The translations under genes and the position numbers were made by a program. From Candidatus Caenarcanales bacterium (GTDB lineage Bacteria; Cyanobacteriota; Vampirovibrionia; LMEP-6097), in NCBI GenBank assembly GCA_013216135.1, contig JABSOS010000011.1, positions 30,168-94,167 on the forward strand: DNA of 64,000 nt. Direction: 5' to 3'. The notes under the pieces are model-generated. The model did no database searches and was not told the origin of the DNA. It saw only the letters and a program-made list of their open reading frames with translations. Positions 1 to 8,611 of this stretch are shown in pieces; the stretch's first letter is position 1; each line of letters opens with the position of its first letter.

Positions 1-521
1 TAAGAGTAATCTCCAGTGGTAAATGAATTGATTTTAGTTTTGATTTGCTTATCAAAGAAACTTTCTTTCTGTTGAGATCCTAAAAGAGTAAATGTACTTG
101 GTGTTTCTCCGTCACCGGTGCTATAAAATACAGATTCACGCTCACCTATTAGGGTTTTAGTTTCTGCAGGTGTTGCGGCTTTTTTTGTTTTTGATTCTGG
201 TTTATAAATTAATAGATGCTCTTTAATCTCATCAGATTCTATGAATTTTGCCATTAGGCTTATAATTGGGATCTCTTCATTTATTACCTTATGGACCATG
301 GTTGATGTTAAGTCTTTAAGTTTTTTAAGACTAGTTTCATCGATAGAATTTCTTAGTAAAGTTTGACCTTTATAAGTTTTATTAGCAAGATTGCCATGGA
401 AATCACCTCCAGTTGTAAAATCTTCTTGAGATTTATTTTCAGGAGGAATAAAGCTTGGTGGGTTTTTTACTACCGGCATTTGAATATGTTGAAGATTGGT
501 TTTTAATAAGTTGGTTTTCAT
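1..521 (-). CDS. Hypothetical protein, partial (runs off the window edge)
   Basis: ATG at 521 opens a frame (MKTNLLKTNLQHIQMPVVKNPPSFIPPENK...) with no stop seen down to position 1. Absent from the ORF track because the stop lies outside the window. Confidence 0.6.
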   Translation of the reverse strand, partial: MKTNLLKTNLQHIQMPVVKNPPSFIPPENKSQEDFTTGGDFHGNLANKTYKGQTLLRNSIDETSLKKLKDLTSTMVHKVINEEIPIISLMAKFIESDEIKEHLLIYKPESKTKKAATPAETKTLIGERESVFYSTGDGETPSTFTLLGSQQKESFFDKQIKTKINSFTTGDYS

Positions 522-560
522 TCACAATGCTTAAGATAATAGCATGGGCGGTTTATTTTA

Positions 561-569
561 AATGGGGCA
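561..569 (+). repeat. Distal att core (duplicated tRNA-His 3' end)
   Basis: AATGGGGCA is identical to 10178-10186. Its reverse complement TGCCCCATT is the last 7 nt of tRNA-His plus 2 nt. Confidence 0.7.
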
Positions 570-805
570 CGGCTGGTTAACGATGTTTGCGAGAGTTTGG
601 TTGCTTTGTGAATTAATACATTATCATGGTCGCTTGGTTAGGGGAGTTTACCTTTGTTGCTGATTATAGTTAGTGAGAGTTTTATTAGAACTATTCTTAA
701 GTACTGAAGTTAAAATTTTATAGTATGTAAATGGTTTCTGAATATATACTAAATCGACACAATTAGTTAAAAAAACAGATATATTAAGATTGATAAGATA
801 TTCAT

Positions 806-1753
806 ATGAGGCTAATTAATAAGTTGCTAAACATTATTACTAAAATTTTTAGATATTTATTTAGTTTTATTATTTTTATATTTAAATGGGTTCTTCCACT
901 ATCATTACTATTAGCCATATCGGTGCAACTTTCTATATTCTTAGTAGATAAAATCCCTCAAAAGTTTCAAAATAATGACCTTCTTATTGCAGTAATACCT
1001 GCCATTATATCTTTTAGTTTTTTGAAATGGATAGAAGCATACCTTCATGTATTAAATAAAAAAGGGAAGCATTTGAAAAAAGTTAATATGAACCTTTCCG
1101 AGTTAAATAGTATCTATCAAACCTCGTATCTAAATCTAAATATGATTAATAGTAAGTTAAAGTCATGTAAGCAAGTTTTTAATGATTTTTCAGATGAAAA
1201 TTTTAGAGCAAATTTGTATTCTGATGATTTTATAGAATTCTCTCCAGTTACCTCAGATATGTTTGAAGATCTATTAAATGTTAGTTTAATAAATAGTATT
1301 GAGTCAATTAGATTGCAGTTGGTGACAAATAATTTATCAATTAAAAATATAAATGCAAGGCATCTTCAAGTCCAAAGTAAAATTTTTAGTTTTGTTGAAA
1401 AATACCATCACTATCAAAACTATGATGATTTAGAGTATAGATCTTTATTATATGAATTGAAAAATTTAATCGACATTCTATCAAATCTAAGAAAAGAAAT
1501 AACTAAAACTCAATACTATATATTATTTACACTTGGTAAATTTACTATTGCACATCAGGAAGATCCAATATCATTTGATGTTTTCGTGATAACTAATTAC
1601 TTGAGTGAATTTAACCGCAGAGATGAATATAACAGTTTTGATAAGTTACTTAAAGGCTCATTTGCAAAACAGTTTAAGCTTAATCCTTCGAAAGTTCGTT
1701 TTTTTAGAAAGCTACTAACTATTGAATTAAATAGAATTAAGCAAATAACTTAA
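806..1753 (+). CDS. Hypothetical membrane protein (two N-terminal hydrophobic segments, helical C-terminus), island cargo
   Basis: 315-aa ORF with hydrophobic stretches at about aa 17-46 and 59-75. Extended -10 (tgaTAAGAT, hexamer 794-799) lies 6 nt before the ATG. Confidence 0.65.
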   Translation: MRLINKLLNIITKIFRYLFSFIIFIFKWVLPLSLLLAISVQLSIFLVDKIPQKFQNNDLLIAVIPAIISFSFLKWIEAYLHVLNKKGKHLKKVNMNLSELNSIYQTSYLNLNMINSKLKSCKQVFNDFSDENFRANLYSDDFIEFSPVTSDMFEDLLNVSLINSIESIRLQLVTNNLSIKNINARHLQVQSKIFSFVEKYHHYQNYDDLEYRSLLYELKNLIDILSNLRKEITKTQYYILFTLGKFTIAHQEDPISFDVFVITNYLSEFNRRDEYNSFDKLLKGSFAKQFKLNPSKVRFFRKLLTIELNRIKQIT

Positions 1754-1841
1754 TCTTATGCAATTTTGATTATATTTGGAAACAGTTTATTGAAGAGTGA
1801 TTGACGAGATACTTCAGATAGTAAAATATTGATTAAAATAT

Positions 1842-2534
1842 ATGACTTTAAAGTATAGAGGTAGCAAAAATCAACTTCAAACTATCATATCAAGTGAATT
1901 TACTGATGTTTCAATTGAAGATCAAGTTGGTAAGGTAAAATTTACTTTTCCTGGAGGACAAATTATTAACTGGTGGGAGAGTAAGGGTACATTACAAATC
2001 CAAGGTACACCAGATGATAGTTTTAATAAAAAAATTCAAATGCTAATAGATAAACAAGCTAATATCACTAAAACAAATAAGGTTTTTGTAGTTTATGGGC
2101 ACGATGAAGCAGCCCGAAGAGATTTAGATGGTCTATTAAGAAGATGGAAATTAGATCCAGTTATTTTGGATCAATTACCCTCAGAAGGTCAAACAATAAT
2201 TGAAAAACTAGAGAAATATTGCTTAGATCAAAATGTGGAATACGGAATAGTCTTGGCTACCCCAGATGATGAAGGGTTTAAAGCAGATCATCCAGATGAA
2301 AAAGCATATAGAGTTAGACAAAATGTAGTCCTAGAGCTTGGGATGTTACTAGGTCGCTTAGGCAGAAAAAAAGTTGCAGTATTAATTAAAAATCAGGATA
2401 AGATGGATAGACCATCAGATATTAGTGGGGTTATATACATTCCTTTTAAAGATGACTTACAAAAAGAGGTACAAGTCAATCTAGCTAAGGAAATGAATAC
2501 CCAAGGTTTTAATATTAATCTCATGGATTTGTAA
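1842..2534 (+). CDS. TIR-like-domain nucleotide-binding protein (PF10137/Cap12-type TIR), putative defence NADase
   Basis: Motifs KVFVVYGHD, GQTIIEKLE, ATPDD, RQNVVLELG (conserved Glu) and PSDISGVIY typify this family. Small N-terminal alpha/beta domain. Confidence 0.85.
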   Translation: MTLKYRGSKNQLQTIISSEFTDVSIEDQVGKVKFTFPGGQIINWWESKGTLQIQGTPDDSFNKKIQMLIDKQANITKTNKVFVVYGHDEAARRDLDGLLRRWKLDPVILDQLPSEGQTIIEKLEKYCLDQNVEYGIVLATPDDEGFKADHPDEKAYRVRQNVVLELGMLLGRLGRKKVAVLIKNQDKMDRPSDISGVIYIPFKDDLQKEVQVNLAKEMNTQGFNINLMDL

Positions 2535-2917
2535 TATATCTTCAGGACAAGTATTATTCCAGTCAGAGTCTCAAGATATTAAATCTTGTAATTAAATTGT
2601 ATAAAATGCATCCCAATCACACGCTCATCTTTAAAGTTCTAGGTTTCAAACATAATCTATTAATATAGATATCTAAAGAGAAAAACAGCCTCGTTTTAAT
2701 ATAATATATACTTATCTTGAGTGAGATTTCCCTTAACCATAGGCAGAATCAAGTTTCACCTTCAAAAAATCATCTCATTCTCAATAAGAACTCAAAAATC
2801 TGGACAAATAAAGATTCGAAGAAAGAAGGGGCTGAGGGGGAATTAACTCAACTCAGCTTATATATTCCATCACCTCCACGCATTTTTGATAATTTCTAAA
2901 AAAGGTAAAATATAAAT

Positions 2918-3187
2918 ATGGACTTAAAGCAAGACTATGAAGACCTCTTAATGAAAAACAAGAAGTTAAAAAAAGAGATTAAGTCTAAGGAATGTTTTAT
3001 CAGTAAGCTATTACAGCAAAAAAAAGAGTTGAATGAAAAAGTTACTTTACTATTTAATGACCTAGAAAAGTTTAAGGATTACAGAGCTGAAAGATTTCAT
3101 TTGAGAACCCTCAGGATGCAAAGAGTAGAAATCTTGAAAATGTATAACCTTCAACAGAAAGTCTATAAACAAGCAGAAGGGCGCTAA
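2918..3187 (+). CDS. Small coiled-coil hypothetical protein
   Basis: 89-aa ORF, K/E/L heptad-rich, with AAGGT upstream. Confidence 0.55.
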   Translation: MDLKQDYEDLLMKNKKLKKEIKSKECFISKLLQQKKELNEKVTLLFNDLEKFKDYRAERFHLRTLRMQRVEILKMYNLQQKVYKQAEGR

Positions 3188-3233
3188 AGCTTATAGTACT
3201 TGCGAGTTTATTATTAAATACTGTATTGTTTAA

Positions 3234-3440
3234 TTGGAGCTAATAAATTGGTTCTAGGGGTTTAATCACCTCTCACAACTAGTAGTCAGTAGAGAATGAC
3301 TGACTATATAAATACGACATTCTCTGGGATTTTATTTCCAGAGGATTATAGTGTATGTCCAAGGCTGTAAAGCCCAAAGACTATAATAGTCGACTAGTTG
3401 CGATTGATTAACCTCTGGAATTTTGTTTATAAAACTCCAA
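3234..3440 (+). ncRNA. Candidate structured ncRNA / cis-regulatory leader, family unknown
   Basis: Nested stems 3234-39/3435-40, 3252-68/3405-20, 3276-83/3393-3400, 3283-90/3299-3306, 3315-18/3389-92, 3322-29/3336-43 and 3345-52/3380-87, plus a GNRA hairpin GGCT-GTAA-AGCC (3363-74). G-U pairs work on the + strand. Promoter-like TTGCGA(3200)...TATTGT(3224) upstream. Confidence 0.65.
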
Positions 3441-3457
3441 AACAAAAGGAGTAAGAT

Positions 3458-3940
3458 TTGAATAGATTTTATATCGCATTATTAATTTTAATGGTAAGCA
3501 ACCCAGTATATGCACGAAGAGCAAATATGGTTGGTATTTGGCTTCTAGGGCAAAACACTAGTTTGAGTGATGTATTGACTATTAAAGATATAAAAAGTAG
3601 TGGTATTAAAAAACTTAGGTTAGTTGATTTTGATTATTTAGAAAACTCTACTGATAGGAAAATAGCAGAGAACAAAACGGGCTTCCTAATAGGTAGAAGG
3701 CTCTTCTTTGACGTATCATCTTCAACTATCGATAAATCTTATATGCTTAAATTCAATAAAGATTTTACTGGGGGACAATTTATTAGTCTTGGTAGTGATT
3801 TTGGTGGTTGCCTACCTGAAGATGATCTAAAGATAGAACCTGAATCTTATATTTGTAATTTCCCAGCTTCTAAAACAACTTCTTTGAGTCAAGGTGAAAT
3901 ACTTGAGATAGTAAAACTTTTTAGTAAAGCAAATATATAG
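3458..3940 (+). CDS. Exported hypothetical protein
   Basis: TTG start with AAGGAG SD. Sec-type signal peptide MNRFYIALLILMVSNPVYA. Confidence 0.65.
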   Translation: MNRFYIALLILMVSNPVYARRANMVGIWLLGQNTSLSDVLTIKDIKSSGIKKLRLVDFDYLENSTDRKIAENKTGFLIGRRLFFDVSSSTIDKSYMLKFNKDFTGGQFISLGSDFGGCLPEDDLKIEPESYICNFPASKTTSLSQGEILEIVKLFSKANI

Positions 3941-3973
3941 AAACTATACATAAAAATTAATATAATATAAAGA

Positions 3974-5275
3974 ATGGTGCGTAAAATTACAAGCAAAAAA
4001 AATGCTATTGTTGATAACACTTTTGTTAATCTTGATGCCAAAGAATATTTTACAGAATCAGACTTTGCTGCAATACATGAATTAAATGAAAGTTATGTTA
4101 GGCAAATGTGTTCAAAACAAAGAGGGTTAAACTTACCTGATGAATATTATGCTATTCCTCCTAGACAAGGTTACTTGATTAAAAAAAAGAAGGCATCTGT
4201 TCTAAATACATATGTCAAAGAAGGATCAAATATTCACCCAGCCTATCTTGAAGATCTAAATACTTTCTGTGACTTTGATTCAGAAATTGATTCTTGCATG
4301 GCTTTACTCATGATTTCCTTACCCAACAAATGTAAATTTTTGATATATAACTCTTTAGATCATGCACAGAAAGAAAAGCATGTTTTTTTGAACAATTATT
4401 TAGGCGAGAATATCCTATACAAGTTATTTAGCAAGATTCAAAATGAGTTATCAAGCTCAATTCTATCGAACTATTCAATGCTCATAATTAGGTGGCTAAT
4501 TATCTCAGGAATAACTATCCCACTCAGATTGAAATATTTACATGATTCTTTAATAAGTGGAGATAGTGGATATGATTTTTGTAGTTACTGTGGAAAACAC
4601 TTACCGATAAACAAAAAATATTCCAGTAATCAAATTAGACAAAAAAATTATCTATTTTGCTGTAAAACACATAAGGACGATTTCAACAAAGACTCTTTTT
4701 TAATTAAGGAGTTAGTCTCCTATAGAGAATCCTTTGGCAGAATTTATACGTCTGATAACTATAACAAAATTGAGCCTGATTTTCACCACAAGACGATAGA
4801 GCTTATTGATAACATTTTCGAGAGATTTACACAACTTATTAAAAGACCAAAAAAAATGACTTTAGGTAAGGAGATTAAAACATATTCAAAACTTGACGAT
4901 GTTCGAAAAGAAGTTTTAAAACTATTTAAGTTGAAGAACGAGACTGATATTACTTTTAAAAGATTTGATGATTTTATTGAAAAATACTGTTACAAGCATA
5001 TAAGCTCTGTTGAAAAAAGAAATGAGAAAATAGAAGCAATTATTGATTTGCTCGCTGACGATACACCAAATGAAGAAGCGATTTCAAAAATTGCTGTAGA
5101 TATCTTACCGTCAATCCAAGAACGAATTCTTGCTAATCATCAAAAAAAGAAATCAAAGAAAAAAATAGAAGATGATTTTTATCAAAAATTAATAGAAAGT
5201 CATGATGGTAGGAGTGTAATTCATTACACCCTAATCTCTATAATGCAAAATTATATGAAATCATTTGCAGAGTAA
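3974..5275 (+). CDS. Putative DNA-binding protein (N-terminal HTH, central Cys/His Zn-finger-like motif)
   Basis: FTESDFAAIHELNESYVRQMC resembles a MerR/excisionase-type HTH. CSYCGK...FCCKTH is a treble-clef-like motif. TATAAT at 3961-66 lies 7 nt before the ATG. Confidence 0.55.
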   Translation: MVRKITSKKNAIVDNTFVNLDAKEYFTESDFAAIHELNESYVRQMCSKQRGLNLPDEYYAIPPRQGYLIKKKKASVLNTYVKEGSNIHPAYLEDLNTFCDFDSEIDSCMALLMISLPNKCKFLIYNSLDHAQKEKHVFLNNYLGENILYKLFSKIQNELSSSILSNYSMLIIRWLIISGITIPLRLKYLHDSLISGDSGYDFCSYCGKHLPINKKYSSNQIRQKNYLFCCKTHKDDFNKDSFLIKELVSYRESFGRIYTSDNYNKIEPDFHHKTIELIDNIFERFTQLIKRPKKMTLGKEIKTYSKLDDVRKEVLKLFKLKNETDITFKRFDDFIEKYCYKHISSVEKRNEKIEAIIDLLADDTPNEEAISKIAVDILPSIQERILANHQKKKSKKKIEDDFYQKLIESHDGRSVIHYTLISIMQNYMKSFAE

Positions 5276-5334
5276 TTTGAGTTTTGCTCTGCATTGAGAA
5301 ATACCAAGAATTCCAGAGGTTATGATTTTTTGTA

Positions 5335-5505
5335 ATGAATAATCAAGACACAAAGAAAGTAAACTTCTGCCTTACTACAAAAACAAGAAGTCAAGTTGAA
5401 GAGCTAGCTAAGATTTGGGATCGCTCAATTTCAAGTACTTTACGTTTTCTTATTACTAAGGCATACAAACAAGAATTACAAGGAGGTGAGCATGAAGCTA
5501 CCTGA
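5335..5505 (+). CDS. Ribbon-helix-helix (CopG/Arc-like) regulator, 56 aa (not in ORF track)
   Basis: Manual translation MNNQDTKKVNFCLTTKTRSQVEELAKIWDRSISSTLRFLITKAYKQELQGGEHEAT shows a beta strand plus LAK..RS.S..LR..I pattern. TATGAT at 5321-26 lies 8 nt upstream. Confidence 0.75.
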   Translation: MNNQDTKKVNFCLTTKTRSQVEELAKIWDRSISSTLRFLITKAYKQELQGGEHEAT

Positions 5506-5647
5506 TGACTGCATTAATGAGTATCAAGAAATTCATTTTCAAGAATTTGGCTTTCGTTTACCTAGAAAGATAGCTGAACAGAAAGCAAAGAACTTATTAA
5601 AACTATCAGAAAGACTCATCCATATCAAATTAAAGGGAGATAAATAA
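5492..5647 (+). CDS. Small 51-aa helical protein (not in ORF track)
   Basis: Strong SD AGGAGGT at 5481-87. Sequence MKLPDDCINEYQEIHFQEFGFRLPRKIAEQKAKNLLKLSERLIHIKLKGDK. The stop overlaps the next ATG (TAATG). Confidence 0.75.
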   Translation: MKLPDDCINEYQEIHFQEFGFRLPRKIAEQKAKNLLKLSERLIHIKLKGDK

Positions 5648-6147
5648 TGGATATAAATAAAAAGCCTGATTCCAATCACCACAACAAGAATCAGACCTCT
5701 AACAATAAAAACAATACTAACATACTAAAAAGCTTTGAAAATCTATTCAAAAGCTGGAACCCACTCCAGCAAAGCTTGAAAACCAAAAAAGGAGATCTCA
5801 AAGACATGGCTATTCTGGCAGAATGTAACAATTGTCTAGATGATCTAATTAGAGACATGCAATCTAGGTTCACGAATGACCAAATTAGGTCTTTTAGTAA
5901 TAGTGCTAGAGCTTATTACTTGAAGCAAGTAGAATCTATATGGTTCTTTAGTCCAAAACTATTTAATATAGACCCAGCTAATATATTTAAGAAAGAAAAA
6001 GTTGCTATAGCTAAAAAGTGCATAAAATTATCACAACTTTTTAACACTTTACTGAAATCTACACAAAGAAAAACAGTTCAGAGATCTGAATTATATATCG
6101 ATCACTTTTCTTTAATTTTAGATAAGCTCATCAAGGAGGTTAAATAA
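5647..6147 (+). CDS. Hypothetical protein in replication operon
   Basis: 166-aa ORF translationally coupled to both neighbours. Confidence 0.65.
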   Translation: MDINKKPDSNHHNKNQTSNNKNNTNILKSFENLFKSWNPLQQSLKTKKGDLKDMAILAECNNCLDDLIRDMQSRFTNDQIRSFSNSARAYYLKQVESIWFFSPKLFNIDPANIFKKEKVAIAKKCIKLSQLFNTLLKSTQRKTVQRSELYIDHFSLILDKLIKEVK

Positions 6148-8343
6148 ATGAATTATCTCTCAGACAAACATTTAGCCAAGCTAAAAAGCTCAGCTATTAC
6201 AGAGGACTCTATAAAGCCCTCTGAAGCTGAAACTATTGACCTTGAAACTATTTTAAATAAAGGCTTTAAAGCATTAACCCCTGATAAAAAAGAATCACTG
6301 TTACAAGAGAAGTATATAAAACTATCTCTATATCTACCATTCTTTGATATTGAAGGGAATAAAATTCAGGATATCAAAACTGGAAAAGAACTTGGAATTA
6401 TAAGACCTGATTACACTGAAGAAGCACAAGCTAAATTTCAAAATCTTCCAAAATACCTATGCTTACCTAAATCTATTCAGTCACGCTTCTATCTTCATTT
6501 CCCCAAAGGCTTTAACTGGATTATGTATTTAGAAAATTACAAAGAGCTTGAAGTAGATGAACCTAAAGGACAAATAGCCCTCACGGAAGGCATTCTCAAG
6601 AGCATTGCAGGAACTAGTAACAACTATCCCACAGTTGGTCTGACATCTGTATTTTGCTTTTGCAAAAATGGTTTAAATTCTCCACTAATACCAGAGCTTA
6701 GAGATTTATTGAAAAATAAAAATATAGATTTTTCAGTAATCTTTGATGGAGACAAGCAACAAAAAACAGGTGTGAAGCAAGCAGAAACAGCACTTGTAGA
6801 AAAAGCTTTCCTCGAAACTGGCAAGAAATTAAGTGTAATAGATCTGCCACAGGAAGAAGGCTGTAAAGGACTGGATGACTTTATTTATACAAAAGGCTCA
6901 GAAGCACTAAAAGAACTTAAACCTAGATATATAGAGACCCCTATTATTAAAAACTTAAAGCTTAAATTAATTCCAGATATTCCAAAGAATGCACTTCCTG
7001 ATATATATAAAGAGTGTATAAAAGATACTGAAAGAAATGTAGAGAATTGTATAGAAGCAGTACCAATGGTTTTATTCACCCAAGGAGCAGGCTTTATAGG
7101 GAATAAAGCTAAGCTAAATGGTAAATTCCCTAATCTTTATGCTGAAACCCTTGCTTTGACTACTGGTGGAAAAACTACAGCTGCTAATAGATATAGCTAT
7201 CCTTTAAGGTTCATAAATAAAGCTCTGGAAAAGGAGTATAGAGCTAAACTTGAAGCTGGTGAAGAGAATGTGAAATCTGAAGAACTGACTATCGCTGGAT
7301 TCACACAACAGGGTATTGAATTAACTTTGGCTCAAAGAAAACATCCAGTGCTGATCATGCTTGAAAACAGTGAGTTTGAGAATTTCTATGCTCTTCTAAA
7401 TGCAGATTACAATGCTAGTTTAAGTAGCTTTGTTACTAAAGCCTATGACAATTTGCCATTAATTCCTATGCACAGTAAGGGTAACTTATTAAACAGCTCT
7501 TTAAAGTTAAGTACTATCTATGATCCAGCTATTAGTATCGCTGGAGTTCATACCTTTACTTCAATGCTTAGCTCCAAGCCTAAAGGCTATAAAGACACAG
7601 GCTTTGATAATCGCTTCATGAAATATGTTGGGAAAAACAATAAAGGTATAAGAATTCCTGAAATAAAGTCAATACCCCAAGAGCTTGAGCAAAAGCTTTT
7701 AGATATCTACACCCTAGTTCATAATCACTTTAGAAGCTTAGATGAAACATTAGAGTTCAAGTATTCTGAAGAAGCAAAGCAAATCTATCACCGTTTCTAT
7801 GACCAGTATAAAGACTTTGAAGATGAGAGTCCAGAAAGTAGCTTGCTACCTTATATGAGACGTTCTGTATGTGATTTCTTACCTAAGTTATGTTTACAGT
7901 TTGAGATCATAGAAAGAGCTGAACTAATAGTAAATAACTTTGAAGCTGGAGAGTGGCAAGAAAGATTCCAGCAAGCTCTTGCAGAAAATAAATTATTTAT
8001 CTCAAAAGAAGTAATGCTCAAAGCTATAGAGTGGTCAAAATATTTTATTAAAAGTGCAAAGTATGTAATTAATAATTACTATGATTCTGATGCCGAGTTC
8101 GACTCCAGAGCTGACAAGGTACTCAAACTATTAGCGAAGTTTCCAAAAGGAATACAAGCTACTTCTTTAAGACGTGAAGCAGGTATGCACTATAAAGGAA
8201 CTACAGCTAAAGAGTTTTATGAGTTACTTGATTACTTAGAAGATATGGATCAATTAAACGTAAAACAAGATCCAAACAATAAGAGATCAAAGCTAGTCAC
8301 TCTCAAAAAGCACCTAATCACCAACCATCACAAGGACGAGTGA
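6148..8343 (+). CDS. Primase-replicase: TOPRIM (DUF3854-like) plus DUF3987/YfjI-like P-loop domain
   Basis: TOPRIM motifs IALTEGILKS, IFDGD and KGLDDFI. C-terminal PNLY..LALTTGGKTT, SEF, GFDNRF and a terminal wHTH-like segment. SD AAGGAGGT. Confidence 0.75.
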   Translation: MNYLSDKHLAKLKSSAITEDSIKPSEAETIDLETILNKGFKALTPDKKESLLQEKYIKLSLYLPFFDIEGNKIQDIKTGKELGIIRPDYTEEAQAKFQNLPKYLCLPKSIQSRFYLHFPKGFNWIMYLENYKELEVDEPKGQIALTEGILKSIAGTSNNYPTVGLTSVFCFCKNGLNSPLIPELRDLLKNKNIDFSVIFDGDKQQKTGVKQAETALVEKAFLETGKKLSVIDLPQEEGCKGLDDFIYTKGSEALKELKPRYIETPIIKNLKLKLIPDIPKNALPDIYKECIKDTERNVENCIEAVPMVLFTQGAGFIGNKAKLNGKFPNLYAETLALTTGGKTTAANRYSYPLRFINKALEKEYRAKLEAGEENVKSEELTIAGFTQQGIELTLAQRKHPVLIMLENSEFENFYALLNADYNASLSSFVTKAYDNLPLIPMHSKGNLLNSSLKLSTIYDPAISIAGVHTFTSMLSSKPKGYKDTGFDNRFMKYVGKNNKGIRIPEIKSIPQELEQKLLDIYTLVHNHFRSLDETLEFKYSEEAKQIYHRFYDQYKDFEDESPESSLLPYMRRSVCDFLPKLCLQFEIIERAELIVNNFEAGEWQERFQQALAENKLFISKEVMLKAIEWSKYFIKSAKYVINNYYDSDAEFDSRADKVLKLLAKFPKGIQATSLRREAGMHYKGTTAKEFYELLDYLEDMDQLNVKQDPNNKRSKLVTLKKHLITNHHKDE

Positions 8344-8380
8344 TTCAGATTCAAGCTCTAGGCTTGATTATAAGAGGAAA

Positions 8381-8560
8381 ATCACAGAATCACCTGATTT
8401 CTTAGCTCTTTAAATATCTACTTTAAATTTCAAAATTAAAAACGAAGCAAATATAAGAACCTAAAAGATGCGTGATTTTGTGATAATCCTTCAATATCGG
8501 CCGAGAGAGCGGTTATTCACGTCACACTTAAGCAGTGAAAGCACGTGACAGTGTGATTTT
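8381..8560. repeat. TCAC/GTGA repeat cluster, putative replication origin
   Basis: ATCACAGAATCAC (8381-93) is inverted to GTGATTTTGTGAT (8472-84). Also TCACGTCACAC (8517-27) and CACGTGACAGTGTGA (8542-56). Lies directly downstream of the replicase. Confidence 0.5.
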
Positions 8561-8611
8561 TAATGAAAAGATAAATAAATTTAGTTAATATAATCAAAAG
8601 GAAACCTTTAA

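Noticed and set aside
2717-2899. 60-aa TTG-start ORF
   Set aside because: No SD or motif, and it overlaps a hairpin (GCTGAG...CTCAGC). More likely the leader of the 2918 gene, though it cannot be fully excluded.
3234-3440. Structured RNA as a retron msr-msd, IS200/605 omegaRNA or IS110 bridge RNA
   Set aside because: No reverse transcriptase, TnpB/IscB or IS110 recombinase in the island, and no characteristic motifs recognised.
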